A DNA stretch of 64,000 bases, taken from an uncultured Prevotellaceae bacterium. GTDB lineage: Bacteria; Bacteroidota; Bacteroidia; Bacteroidales; Bacteroidaceae. A model generated the notes under the pieces. It saw only the letters and a program-made list of their open reading frames with translations, made no database searches and was not told the origin of the DNA. The stretch spans positions 68,146 through 132,145 of the forward strand of contig CACYQD010000014.1 in NCBI GenBank assembly GCA_902776475.1, given 5' to 3'. The position numbers were made by a program, and so were the translations under genes. Positions within the stretch are counted from its first letter, which is position 1. Every line of letters begins with the position of its first letter. Positions 18,518 to 26,678 of this stretch are shown one piece after another.

Positions 18518-20173
18518 TTATTTAATGTTGGGCTCTTCGAGTCCAAGACCTTTCTTCTTATCCACCACCTTCAGCAGGAGACCCAGCACGAGGGCAGCCA
18601 CGCCGAGGCAGGCAAGCATCACAAGGGGTGCGGTGTAGTCATAGCTCACGGCAGCCTGTTCGGCGGTGATGCTGCCATTGGCAAGTCCGTTGACGATGTC
18701 GGGGTTGGTCTTGTCGAGCACCTTGCCGATCAACAGCGGGAACAGCCACAGTCCGATGTTCTGAATCCAGAAAATCAAAGCGTAGGCCGAACCGATGATC
18801 TTGGGTTCCACCAGTTTGGGAACGCTTGGCCACAGTGAAGCCGGAACCAGAGAGAACGAGGCTCCCAGCACGAGGATGGTGATGTATGCCACGGCCACGC
18901 CACCAATGGCGTTGCCCTTGAAGGCCGGCAGCACGAAGGCGAAGGTGAGGTGGCAGGCGATGAGGAGCAGCGAACCGAGGACCAGCATCGAGGCCGCCTT
19001 ACCCTTGTTGTCGACATAGCTTCCCAGGATGGGAGTGATGAGCACAGCCAGCAAGGGGAACACGGCAAAGATCGACTCTGCCGACTGGCGCATGTAACCC
19101 ATGTAGCAATAGGTGATGAGGGCTATGATGGACAGTCCGAGAAGACTGTATTTCTTGCCGGGGGCTTTCTGGAAGTTGCTGGCGAAACCAGCGGCAGCCA
19201 CCACGAGCATGATGATATACTGGACGATGGTCACCGATGAGTTTGCCCAGAATGAATCAGCGTCCGGCGGGGTGAGCGTGAGGTTGCACTGCAGCATGTT
19301 GACCGCATATTTCTGGAAGGGGAAAATGGCGGAGTAATAGAGCACACAGAGCAGGGCCACAAGCCAGAAGCCGCTGCTGGTGAGGATCTTGCCGATGTCG
19401 CTCACCTTGAACGGGTCATCCTTCTCCTCAGCCTCGCCGGTTTGTGCGTCGAGCTTGCTGTCCATGAAGAAATAGACAATAAACATGATGAGGGCAATGC
19501 ACATGAGCACTACACCGAAGGCTACTGAACGGGTGACACTCACCTGGCCGCCCAAACGGGCAAAGAACGGTGAGAAAATCATACAGGTGGCCACACCCAG
19601 ACGGGCCAGGGCCATTTCGGAACCCATTGCCAGAGCCATCTCACGGCCCTTGAACCATTTCACGATACCACGGCTCACGGTGATACCGGCCATCTCGCAG
19701 CCGCAACCGAAAATCATGAATCCGCAGGCGGCAAACTTAGCGGATGCCGGCATGCCCTCATAGAAGGGAGATACGCCCAGGTCATCGAAGACGGGGATGT
19801 AATTCAGGTGATTGGTGAACCACTGTTCGAGGCCGCTGCCCATGAACGCCTCGCTCACGGCATACCATTTGATGATGGCGCCGATAAGCATGACTGCACC
19901 TGAGAGAACAGCGGTGAAGCGTACACCCATCTTGTCGAGGATGATACCTGCGAAGATGAGGAAGAACACGAAGACGTTGAGAAACACCTCTGAGCCTTGC
20001 ATGGTGCCGAAGGCGGTGGAATCCCATCCGCGCTCACTGAGCATCAAGTCCTTGATCGGTGAAAGGATGTCCATGAAGATGTAAGAACAGAACATGGCCA
20101 GGGCCAGCAGGAGAAGTGCCGTCCATCTCATGGCGGCTGAGTCTCTCAATGTTTTTTTGATTGTCTCTGTCAT
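18518..20173 (-). CDS. MFS transporter, MFSD1-like paralogue 1
   Basis: SYIFMD, AGIILDKMGVR, FGCGCE..KWFKGREMALAMGSEMALARLG, LWPSV, IQNIG. Confidence 0.9.
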   Translation of the reverse strand: MTETIKKTLRDSAAMRWTALLLLALAMFCSYIFMDILSPIKDLMLSERGWDSTAFGTMQGSEVFLNVFVFFLIFAGIILDKMGVRFTAVLSGAVMLIGAIIKWYAVSEAFMGSGLEQWFTNHLNYIPVFDDLGVSPFYEGMPASAKFAACGFMIFGCGCEMAGITVSRGIVKWFKGREMALAMGSEMALARLGVATCMIFSPFFARLGGQVSVTRSVAFGVVLMCIALIMFIVYFFMDSKLDAQTGEAEEKDDPFKVSDIGKILTSSGFWLVALLCVLYYSAIFPFQKYAVNMLQCNLTLTPPDADSFWANSSVTIVQYIIMLVVAAAGFASNFQKAPGKKYSLLGLSIIALITYCYMGYMRQSAESIFAVFPLLAVLITPILGSYVDNKGKAASMLVLGSLLLIACHLTFAFVLPAFKGNAIGGVAVAYITILVLGASFSLVPASLWPSVPKLVEPKIIGSAYALIFWIQNIGLWLFPLLIGKVLDKTNPDIVNGLANGSITAEQAAVSYDYTAPLVMLACLGVAALVLGLLLKVVDKKKGLGLEEPNIK

Positions 20174-20215
20174 TGTATTTTTTGATTGATGTTTTTTTTG
20201 AGGGTGGGGCTGGGG

Positions 20216-20382
20216 CTAGTGGCTCTAGGGTTTCTAGTGGTCCTAGGGTTTCTAGTGGTCCTAGGGTTTCTAGTGGCTCTAGGGTTTCTAGTGGTGCTAG
20301 GGTTTCTAGTGGTCCTAGGGTTTCTAGTGATCCTAGGGTTTCTAGTGATTCTAGGGTTTCTAGTGCCTCTAGTGATCCTAGG
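20216..20382. repeat. CTAG-phased tandem repeat (18-bp unit of two 9-mers, about 9 units, 19 CTAG)
   Basis: ctagtggtc-ctagggttt repeated between the S9 peptidase stop and the MFS start. Confidence 0.95.
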
Positions 20383-20385
20383 TTG

Positions 20386-22566
20386 TTATTTCAGCCAGCG
20401 GTTGAGCCAGTTGAAGTAGGTGCGCTGCCATAAGACGCCGTTCTGGGGCTTCAGCACCCAGTGGTTCTCATCAGGGAAGATGAGCAGCTGCGCCTCTATG
20501 CCTTTCATGCGGGCGGCATTGAAAGCACTCATGCCCTGCGTGGCATTGATGCGGTAGTCCTTCTCACCGTGGATGCACAGGATGGGGGTATCCCACTGGT
20601 CGATGAAACGGTGGGGAGAATTCTCATAGGTCTTGCGGGCGTTGGCCGTCTGGTCTTTGTTCCAATAGGCATCGTCATATTCCCAGTTGGAGAACCAGTT
20701 CTCCTCGGTCTCGGTGTACATGGCCTCGAGATTGAAGGCTCCGTCGTGGGCGATGAAGCACTTGAAACGCTTGTCATGATGGCCGGCAAGATAATAGACG
20801 CTGAAACCACCGAAACTGGCACCCACGGCACCCAGACGGTCTTTGTCCACGTAGGGCAGGTTGGCAGCAGCGTCGTCGATGGCAGTGAGGTAGTCGCTCA
20901 TGCACTGACCGGTCCAGTCGCCGCTGATCTCCTCACACCACTCACTGCCGAAACCGGGCAGTCCATGGCGGTTGGGAGCGATTATGACGTAGCCGTTGGA
21001 GGCCATGATCATAAAGTTCCAGCGGTAGCTCCAGAACTGAGATACCGGACTTTGCGGACCACCCTCGCAGAAGAGTAGGGTGGGGTATTTCTTGTTGGCA
21101 TCGAAGTGAGGTGGCAAGATGACCCAATAGAGCATGTCCTTGCCATCTGTGCTCTTGACCCAACGCTTTTCGACCGTGGGTTTGGCCAGCTGGTCGAGGA
21201 TGTGCTTGTTCTCGTAGGTAAGCTGTTTGACCGTCACCTTCTTGGCATTCTTTGAGTTGGGCGTGATGATATAGAGGTCGGCTGGCGACGTATAGTTGTG
21301 GCGCTCGGCCACGATGCGCTTGCCGTCGCCTAACATTTGCAGCGAACCGAAGTCGGCCCAGTGGCAGTCGGACGTGGCGGTTTCTATCTGGCGCAGTTCA
21401 CCTTTCTGAGAGATGGAGTAAAGGTTGTAGGTGCCATGCCATACGCCAGTGAAGTAAATCATGGCGTCTTTGGTGTCAGACCAGCAGAAAGCATCGACAT
21501 CTGAGTCGAAACTCTCGGTGAGATAACGCTTTTCGCCAGTGGCCAACTCATAGACACACAGGCGGTTGCGGTCGGCTTCATAGCCGTCGCGCGCCATGCT
21601 CTGCCAGGCGATGTATTTGCCGTCGGGCGAGAACTGTGGGTTCTGGTCGTAGCCGGGATTGTTTTTCAGATTGTCAGCAGCGTTGACTTTTTGGTTGCGC
21701 AATGTCTTGGTGGCATCCACCTCAGGATCCTTGTATCCAGCAGGCTTGCAAAGGTTGCGGGTGGTCTTTTTCTCCACGTCATACAGATAGATGTCGGAAT
21801 CGGTGGAGATAGAGTAGGCGAGACCGGTCTTCTTGCGGCAGGTGTAGGCAATCTGCTTGGAGTCCATGCTCCAGTCAAGCTGTTCGATGCCGCCAAAAGG
21901 TTCCATCGGACATTCGTAAGGTTCCCCTTTGAGGATGTCGGTGCCTTTGCCGATCTCCCCTGCGGTCACGTTGGCCACAAAAGGATGCTGGATGCTCTCC
22001 ACATAGTGGTCCCAGTGACGGTACATCAGGTCGGTCACCAGACGGCCTGTGGCTTTGGGCAGGTCGGAGGGGTTCTCCTGGATGATATCATGGAAGGGGA
22101 TGGACTGCAGGAGGATTACGCGGCTGCCGTCGGGAGAGAACTTGAACCCTTCCACGGCCCCGTCGGTATGGCTCATTTGCTTGCGGTTGCCGCCGTTGCT
22201 GTCCATGCTCCACACCTCACCGCCTTTGAGGAAGACGATGCGGTCGCCCAGCCATGCCGGGTCGGTCTCATTGTCTGCATCCTGGGTGAGCAGCTGCTGT
22301 CCGGAACCATCGCTGTGGATGAGGTAGAGCACCTGGTGGCTCTTGTTCTCCTTCACACTGTAATAGCCTACCTGATAGACGATTTCATCGCCTCCGGTGC
22401 GGGGTGCATAGCTGCCGATGCGGCCCATGGCCCAGAGTCCCTCTGGGGTGAGCAGGTCGCTCTGCAGTGTGATGTCGCTTTTGCCTATGTTCACTTTCTG
22501 TTGTGCTTCCATTGGCATCCCAACCATCAGGGAGAGGGCTGCCGCCATGATCAATGATTTGTGCAT
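20386..22566 (-). CDS. S9 family (S9C, DPP5-like) secreted dipeptidyl peptidase
   Basis: Signal peptide; beta-propeller with PD40-like repeats; EGGPQS, GASFGG (Ser), HGEKDYR (Asp), DENHW (His). Confidence 0.9.
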   Translation of the reverse strand: MHKSLIMAAALSLMVGMPMEAQQKVNIGKSDITLQSDLLTPEGLWAMGRIGSYAPRTGGDEIVYQVGYYSVKENKSHQVLYLIHSDGSGQQLLTQDADNETDPAWLGDRIVFLKGGEVWSMDSNGGNRKQMSHTDGAVEGFKFSPDGSRVILLQSIPFHDIIQENPSDLPKATGRLVTDLMYRHWDHYVESIQHPFVANVTAGEIGKGTDILKGEPYECPMEPFGGIEQLDWSMDSKQIAYTCRKKTGLAYSISTDSDIYLYDVEKKTTRNLCKPAGYKDPEVDATKTLRNQKVNAADNLKNNPGYDQNPQFSPDGKYIAWQSMARDGYEADRNRLCVYELATGEKRYLTESFDSDVDAFCWSDTKDAMIYFTGVWHGTYNLYSISQKGELRQIETATSDCHWADFGSLQMLGDGKRIVAERHNYTSPADLYIITPNSKNAKKVTVKQLTYENKHILDQLAKPTVEKRWVKSTDGKDMLYWVILPPHFDANKKYPTLLFCEGGPQSPVSQFWSYRWNFMIMASNGYVIIAPNRHGLPGFGSEWCEEISGDWTGQCMSDYLTAIDDAAANLPYVDKDRLGAVGASFGGFSVYYLAGHHDKRFKCFIAHDGAFNLEAMYTETEENWFSNWEYDDAYWNKDQTANARKTYENSPHRFIDQWDTPILCIHGEKDYRINATQGMSAFNAARMKGIEAQLLIFPDENHWVLKPQNGVLWQRTYFNWLNRWLK

Positions 22567-22572
22567 AGTATG

Positions 22573-24483
22573 TCAGTTTCGGTTGTTGAGGTCACGTTTC
22601 TTGCGGTTCAGGTCCTCACGCTTGCGCTGCATCTCCAACTGTTGTTTCTGCATGGCTTCCAGACGTGCGGCCAGTCCGCCGGTCTTTTTCTTGGGGTTGT
22701 TCTTGTTCTCGCGGTAGCGGGCCTCAAGGATGGCCAGCAATTTGGCATCGTTGGTGGTCTTGCGCAGGGTGAACATGATGGCTGCGCTGAAGAACAGCGA
22801 GACAAAGTAGTAGAAGTTGAGTCCTGCGGAGTAGTCGTTGAAGATGAAGAAGAACATCACGGGCATGAGATACATCATCCACTGCATCATCTTCATCTGT
22901 TCGGCTTGCTGTCCCACCATCTGGTCGCGCTGCTGGCGCATGGTCATGATCGAGTAGAGAATGTTGGCCACGCAGAAGAGGATACAGGTGAGTGACAGGT
23001 GATCGCCGATGGCCCAATAGCTCTTGCCCCATTCAATGATGGGGTCGTAGGTCGAGAGGTCTTTGATCCAGAGGAAACTCTCGCCGCGGAGTTGGATGGC
23101 ATTGGGCACAAAGTTGAACATCGCGATCCAGATAGGCATCTGGATGAGCATCGGCAGGCACCCGCTGAGCGGGCTGACACCATAGTCAGCATACATCTTC
23201 ATCTGAGCCTGTTGCTTGAGCATCTGGTCCTCAGGCTTGTCATATTGCTTGGTGGCTTCCTCCAGTTTGGGTCTGAGCACGCGCATCTTGGCCGAACTCA
23301 TGTAACTCTTCTTGACAAGAGGATAGGTGATGGCCTTGAGCAGGAGAGTGATGAGGATCAGCACGATACCCATGTTGATGCCCCATTTGGTCAACCAGTC
23401 GAAGACATAAAGGGTGAAGAAGCGGTTGATGTAGCGGATCAGAGGCCATCCGAGATAGACCAGACTCTCCATGTCGAGGTCCTTGCCGAATTTGCTCTCT
23501 TTCTCAACAGCCTTCAGCAGGTTGAAGTCGTTGGGACCATAGAAGAACTCCAGTTCCGTCGGGGTCTCTCCCTTGGGATCGAAGAAAGTCTCCAGTTCTG
23601 CATCATATTTCTTCAGGTATCCTGTCGATTTGTCCTGGGGAATGCTGCTCAGTACGGCATTGGCGGAGAAATCCGTCTTGGCAATCATCATCGCGCAGAA
23701 GAACTGGCACTTGAAGGCCACCCAGTCGAGCGGCTCTTCGATTTTCTGGTCAGTCTTCTCCGACGTCTCGCTCAGATGGTCGGTGCCCGATCCCTTCTCT
23801 TTATAGGTGAGGGAGGCGTAGCGGTTTTCGAAGGAGTGGCCTTTCTCCTGCTGCTTGCAGTTCTCATGCCAGCTGACATTCATTGTGTGGGTCTTGGTAG
23901 AGAAGAGGCCTTCCATACCCACAGCGCGGAAAGAGAAGTGGGTAAGATAGTCATTGCCAAGCAGATAGGACATCTCGATGCGACGGCCGTTGCCAGCATC
24001 GGCGGTGAAGGTCACAGTGCTGTCGGTCTGCTCGGAGGGTGTGAAATAAAGGTCGGAGACAGCGATGTTGTTCTCCTTGCCTTCGAGTTTGAAGTCCAAC
24101 TGGTGGTCCTTGCCCTCAAACAAGGTGACATCTGGTTTGCCGTCCAGGGATTTGTAGTTTTTCACGACAGCCTTGGTCACCACGCCGCCCTTGGTGCTCA
24201 GCGTGAGTTCCACCTTGTCGTTGCGGAGCACGACATCACTGGCCGTGCCGTTGAGAGCCTCATGGAAGAGCGCTGTACTGTCCTCGCGGGCCTGGGCGAG
24301 GGCAGCGGTCTTCTTGGCCTCGGCCACTTTCTTCTGTTCAGCGGCTTTCTTCCGCTCGGCTTCCTGTTTTTCCACTTGCTCCTGTTGGGCCTTGATCTCT
24401 TCCTCAGAAGGACGGGTCCACCAACTGAAACCTATCAGTACGACGGCTATCAGAACGAAGCCGATGATCGTATTTTTATCCAT
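22573..24483 (-). CDS. yidC: Membrane protein insertase YidC
   Basis: MDKNTIIGFVLI start, periplasmic domain, SGCLPMLIQMPIWIAMF, LWIKDLS.YD, GLNFYY. Confidence 0.96.
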   Translation of the reverse strand: MDKNTIIGFVLIAVVLIGFSWWTRPSEEEIKAQQEQVEKQEAERKKAAEQKKVAEAKKTAALAQAREDSTALFHEALNGTASDVVLRNDKVELTLSTKGGVVTKAVVKNYKSLDGKPDVTLFEGKDHQLDFKLEGKENNIAVSDLYFTPSEQTDSTVTFTADAGNGRRIEMSYLLGNDYLTHFSFRAVGMEGLFSTKTHTMNVSWHENCKQQEKGHSFENRYASLTYKEKGSGTDHLSETSEKTDQKIEEPLDWVAFKCQFFCAMMIAKTDFSANAVLSSIPQDKSTGYLKKYDAELETFFDPKGETPTELEFFYGPNDFNLLKAVEKESKFGKDLDMESLVYLGWPLIRYINRFFTLYVFDWLTKWGINMGIVLILITLLLKAITYPLVKKSYMSSAKMRVLRPKLEEATKQYDKPEDQMLKQQAQMKMYADYGVSPLSGCLPMLIQMPIWIAMFNFVPNAIQLRGESFLWIKDLSTYDPIIEWGKSYWAIGDHLSLTCILFCVANILYSIMTMRQQRDQMVGQQAEQMKMMQWMMYLMPVMFFFIFNDYSAGLNFYYFVSLFFSAAIMFTLRKTTNDAKLLAILEARYRENKNNPKKKTGGLAARLEAMQKQQLEMQRKREDLNRKKRDLNNRN

Positions 24484-24521
24484 TGCTTAGCTTTTTCTAT
24501 GAAAGATAAAATATCAAGGTG

Positions 24522-24529
24522 CAAAATTA
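24522..24529 (-). promoter_or_regulatory. -7 box TAATTTTG for the yidC operon
   Basis: Exact match 38 nt upstream of yidC. Confidence 0.65.
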
Positions 24530-24593
24530 CACTTTTTTTACGAGATGGACAAAAAGTATGCCAAAAACATCTTGGTTTTCCCCGTTTTATATT

Positions 24594-24711
24594 GAGACGC
24601 CATGATGTCATTCATTTAGACGCCACGATGATATCCATTTAGACGCCATGATGGTATTCATTTAGACATCACGATGTCATCCATTTAGACGCCACGATGT
24701 GACGTCTCTAC
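24594..24711. repeat. Tandem array of four 23-bp REP-derived units ending in a complete GTAG-REP
   Basis: agacgcca(t/c)gatg.....cattt at 24595, 24618, 24641, 24664, then agacgccacgatgtgacgtctctac at 24687. Confidence 0.9.
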
Positions 24712-24752
24712 TTTTTTTCTCACCAAAAATTGCAAAATATCGTAAAAGTTTC

Positions 24753-24760
24753 TAAATTTG
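24753..24760 (+). promoter_or_regulatory. -7 box TAAATTTG for the DUF3078 gene
   Basis: Exact match 28 nt upstream of ATG 24789. Confidence 0.65.
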
Positions 24761-24788
24761 CACAAATAATTACTAATTCCGCATTGAT

Positions 24789-26108
24789 ATGAGAAAACTA
24801 TTCGCATTACTACTCATGGCTTTAGCGCTTCAGGTTCAGGCTCAACCGAGGAGTACGGCAAGCCGCAACATCGAGTATCAGGAGTATCAGGTCAACAAAA
24901 ACTATTCAGACTCGCTTGTCGCCTTCAAGGAGAAACTTGACTCCATGCAGATGGCGGAGGAGGCCCTGGAAGACCTGGGACTCGCCGATGGACGTTTCTA
25001 CAAGTTGTTTGCTCCGCTGACGTTCTATCATTCTCCTGCCAGGAAGGCCCTGAGAATGGTCAGCCACAGTGAGGGTACCGACCCTGTCAGTGATGAGATT
25101 GACAACACCCTGCTCAGCGTCTATCTCAACCGTCCTGACCTCGTGCTCAACAGCGAGAACCGTCTTAATAAGGTGGGTGGCTTGAACCATGACTTCAGCG
25201 CTCCCATCCAGCAGGACGTGGCACTGGTGGAGAAGGTTGATCCGGTGACTGTGGAACAGGTGGAGGATCCCCCCGTGGAGGTGCTCGTCACCAAACCCAA
25301 TTTCTGGACCTTCAAGGGCGACTACTTCCTCCAGGGCCTGCAGTCGTATATCTCCGGCAACTGGTACAAGGGAGGCGAGAGCAACTACTCCATCCTCGGA
25401 AGCATCACCATGGAAGCCAACTATAACAACAAGCAGAAAGTGAAGTGGGACAACAAATTGGAAATGAAACTCGGTTTCCTCACCTCCAAGAGCGACAGCG
25501 TGCATTCCCTCAAGACTTCGGATGACCTCTTGCGCTTGACCAGCAAACTGGGCTTGCAGGCCACCAAGAAATGGTACTACACACTCCAGCTGTTGGCTTA
25601 CACACAGTTCTGGAGGGGATTCAAGAGCAACGACAGACACGTCTATTCCGATATCATGTCACCGTTCAACCTGAACATCTCACTCGGTATGGATTACAAC
25701 GTGGAGGCTTGGAAGAAGAAACTCACCGGTACGATCCACCTCGCACCGTTTGCCTATAACTTCAAGTATGTGGACCGCAACTGGTTTGGTGACAAGGAGA
25801 ACTTCACCACGCGCTATGGACTCGACCTGGGCAAGCACACCTTGCACGACTTCGGTTCACAGTTCACCATCGACCTGAAATGGGCCATCGCAGAGAACAT
25901 CACCTACCAGACACGTATGTATGGCTTCACCACCTTCAAGAGAGTGGAGTGGGAGTGGGAGAACACGTTCACTTTCAATTTCAACAAGTACATCTCGACA
26001 AAACTGTTTATCTATCCGAGGTTTGACGACAGCACCATGCGCGACGACCACCACGGATACTTCCAATTTAAGGAATTCATGTCACTTGGATTCTCTTATT
26101 CATTCTGA
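24789..26108 (+). CDS. DUF3078-type outer-membrane beta-barrel protein
   Basis: Signal peptide; NFWTFKG...QSYISGNWYKGGESN, WDNKLEMKLG, D.LRLTSKLG; C-terminal F. Confidence 0.82.
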   Translation: MRKLFALLLMALALQVQAQPRSTASRNIEYQEYQVNKNYSDSLVAFKEKLDSMQMAEEALEDLGLADGRFYKLFAPLTFYHSPARKALRMVSHSEGTDPVSDEIDNTLLSVYLNRPDLVLNSENRLNKVGGLNHDFSAPIQQDVALVEKVDPVTVEQVEDPPVEVLVTKPNFWTFKGDYFLQGLQSYISGNWYKGGESNYSILGSITMEANYNNKQKVKWDNKLEMKLGFLTSKSDSVHSLKTSDDLLRLTSKLGLQATKKWYYTLQLLAYTQFWRGFKSNDRHVYSDIMSPFNLNISLGMDYNVEAWKKKLTGTIHLAPFAYNFKYVDRNWFGDKENFTTRYGLDLGKHTLHDFGSQFTIDLKWAIAENITYQTRMYGFTTFKRVEWEWENTFTFNFNKYISTKLFIYPRFDDSTMRDDHHGYFQFKEFMSLGFSYSF

Positions 26109-26127
26109 ACTTTACCTGAAAAGGTCG

Positions 26128-26186
26128 CTTAAAGGACTGGCGGTTGGCTCAGCTTGATGCTGATGCCAACCGCCAGTCTTTTTAAG
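26128..26186. terminator. Bidirectional terminator-like hairpin
   Basis: cttaaaggactggcggttggc ... gccaaccgccagtctttttaag between convergent genes. Confidence 0.75.
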
Positions 26187-26202
26187 CAGCGGAGAATCGC
26201 GG

Positions 26203-26586
26203 CTATTCCGTCATGTCGCCTTCCACATAGAGGCGAGTCATTTCCGTCAGACCATTGGTGCGCACGGTAATGCTCTTCTTGAAATGGCCGGGTATCTTGC
26301 CCGCTCCGTTGTAAGTCACCTCGATGGTGCCTTTCTGGCCGGGAGCAATCGGACTTTTGGTGTATTGGGGCACCGTGCATCCGCAACTGGCCACTGCCTG
26401 ATTGATCACCAGCGGGGCATCACCCACGTTGGTGAATGTGAATGTGCACTTCTGGACAGCATCACTCTCAGCAAATTTGCCGAAGTCGTGCGTCTTCTTG
26501 TCAAACTTGATCTCAGCTTGCTTCTGGGCTGCCGCATAGCTGAATGTGCAGAGCAGCAGCAATGTCATCATGATAATCTTTTTCAT
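26203..26586 (-). CDS. DUF1573 domain protein (Ig-like)
   Basis: Signal peptide; HDFG, FTNVGDAPLVI, ASCGCTVP, PIAPGQKG.IEVTYN. Confidence 0.9.
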   Translation of the reverse strand: MKKIIMMTLLLLCTFSYAAAQKQAEIKFDKKTHDFGKFAESDAVQKCTFTFTNVGDAPLVINQAVASCGCTVPQYTKSPIAPGQKGTIEVTYNGAGKIPGHFKKSITVRTNGLTEMTRLYVEGDMTE

Positions 26587-26678
26587 CTTTTCTCTCCTTA
26601 GTGGTGCAAAAATACGACTTTTTATAAGACAATTGATAGGTTTGCTTCCATTATTGGGTTATTTTAACCTAAAAAATG

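Noticed and set aside
20161-20433. ORFs made of the CTAG repeat (SSGPRV and LGFLVV repeats)
   Set aside because: Stop-free only because of the repeat; they overlap the ends of real opposite-strand genes
24594-24711. Mini-CRISPR
   Set aside because: Contiguous 23-bp tandem units with no unique spacers; derived from the REP hairpin
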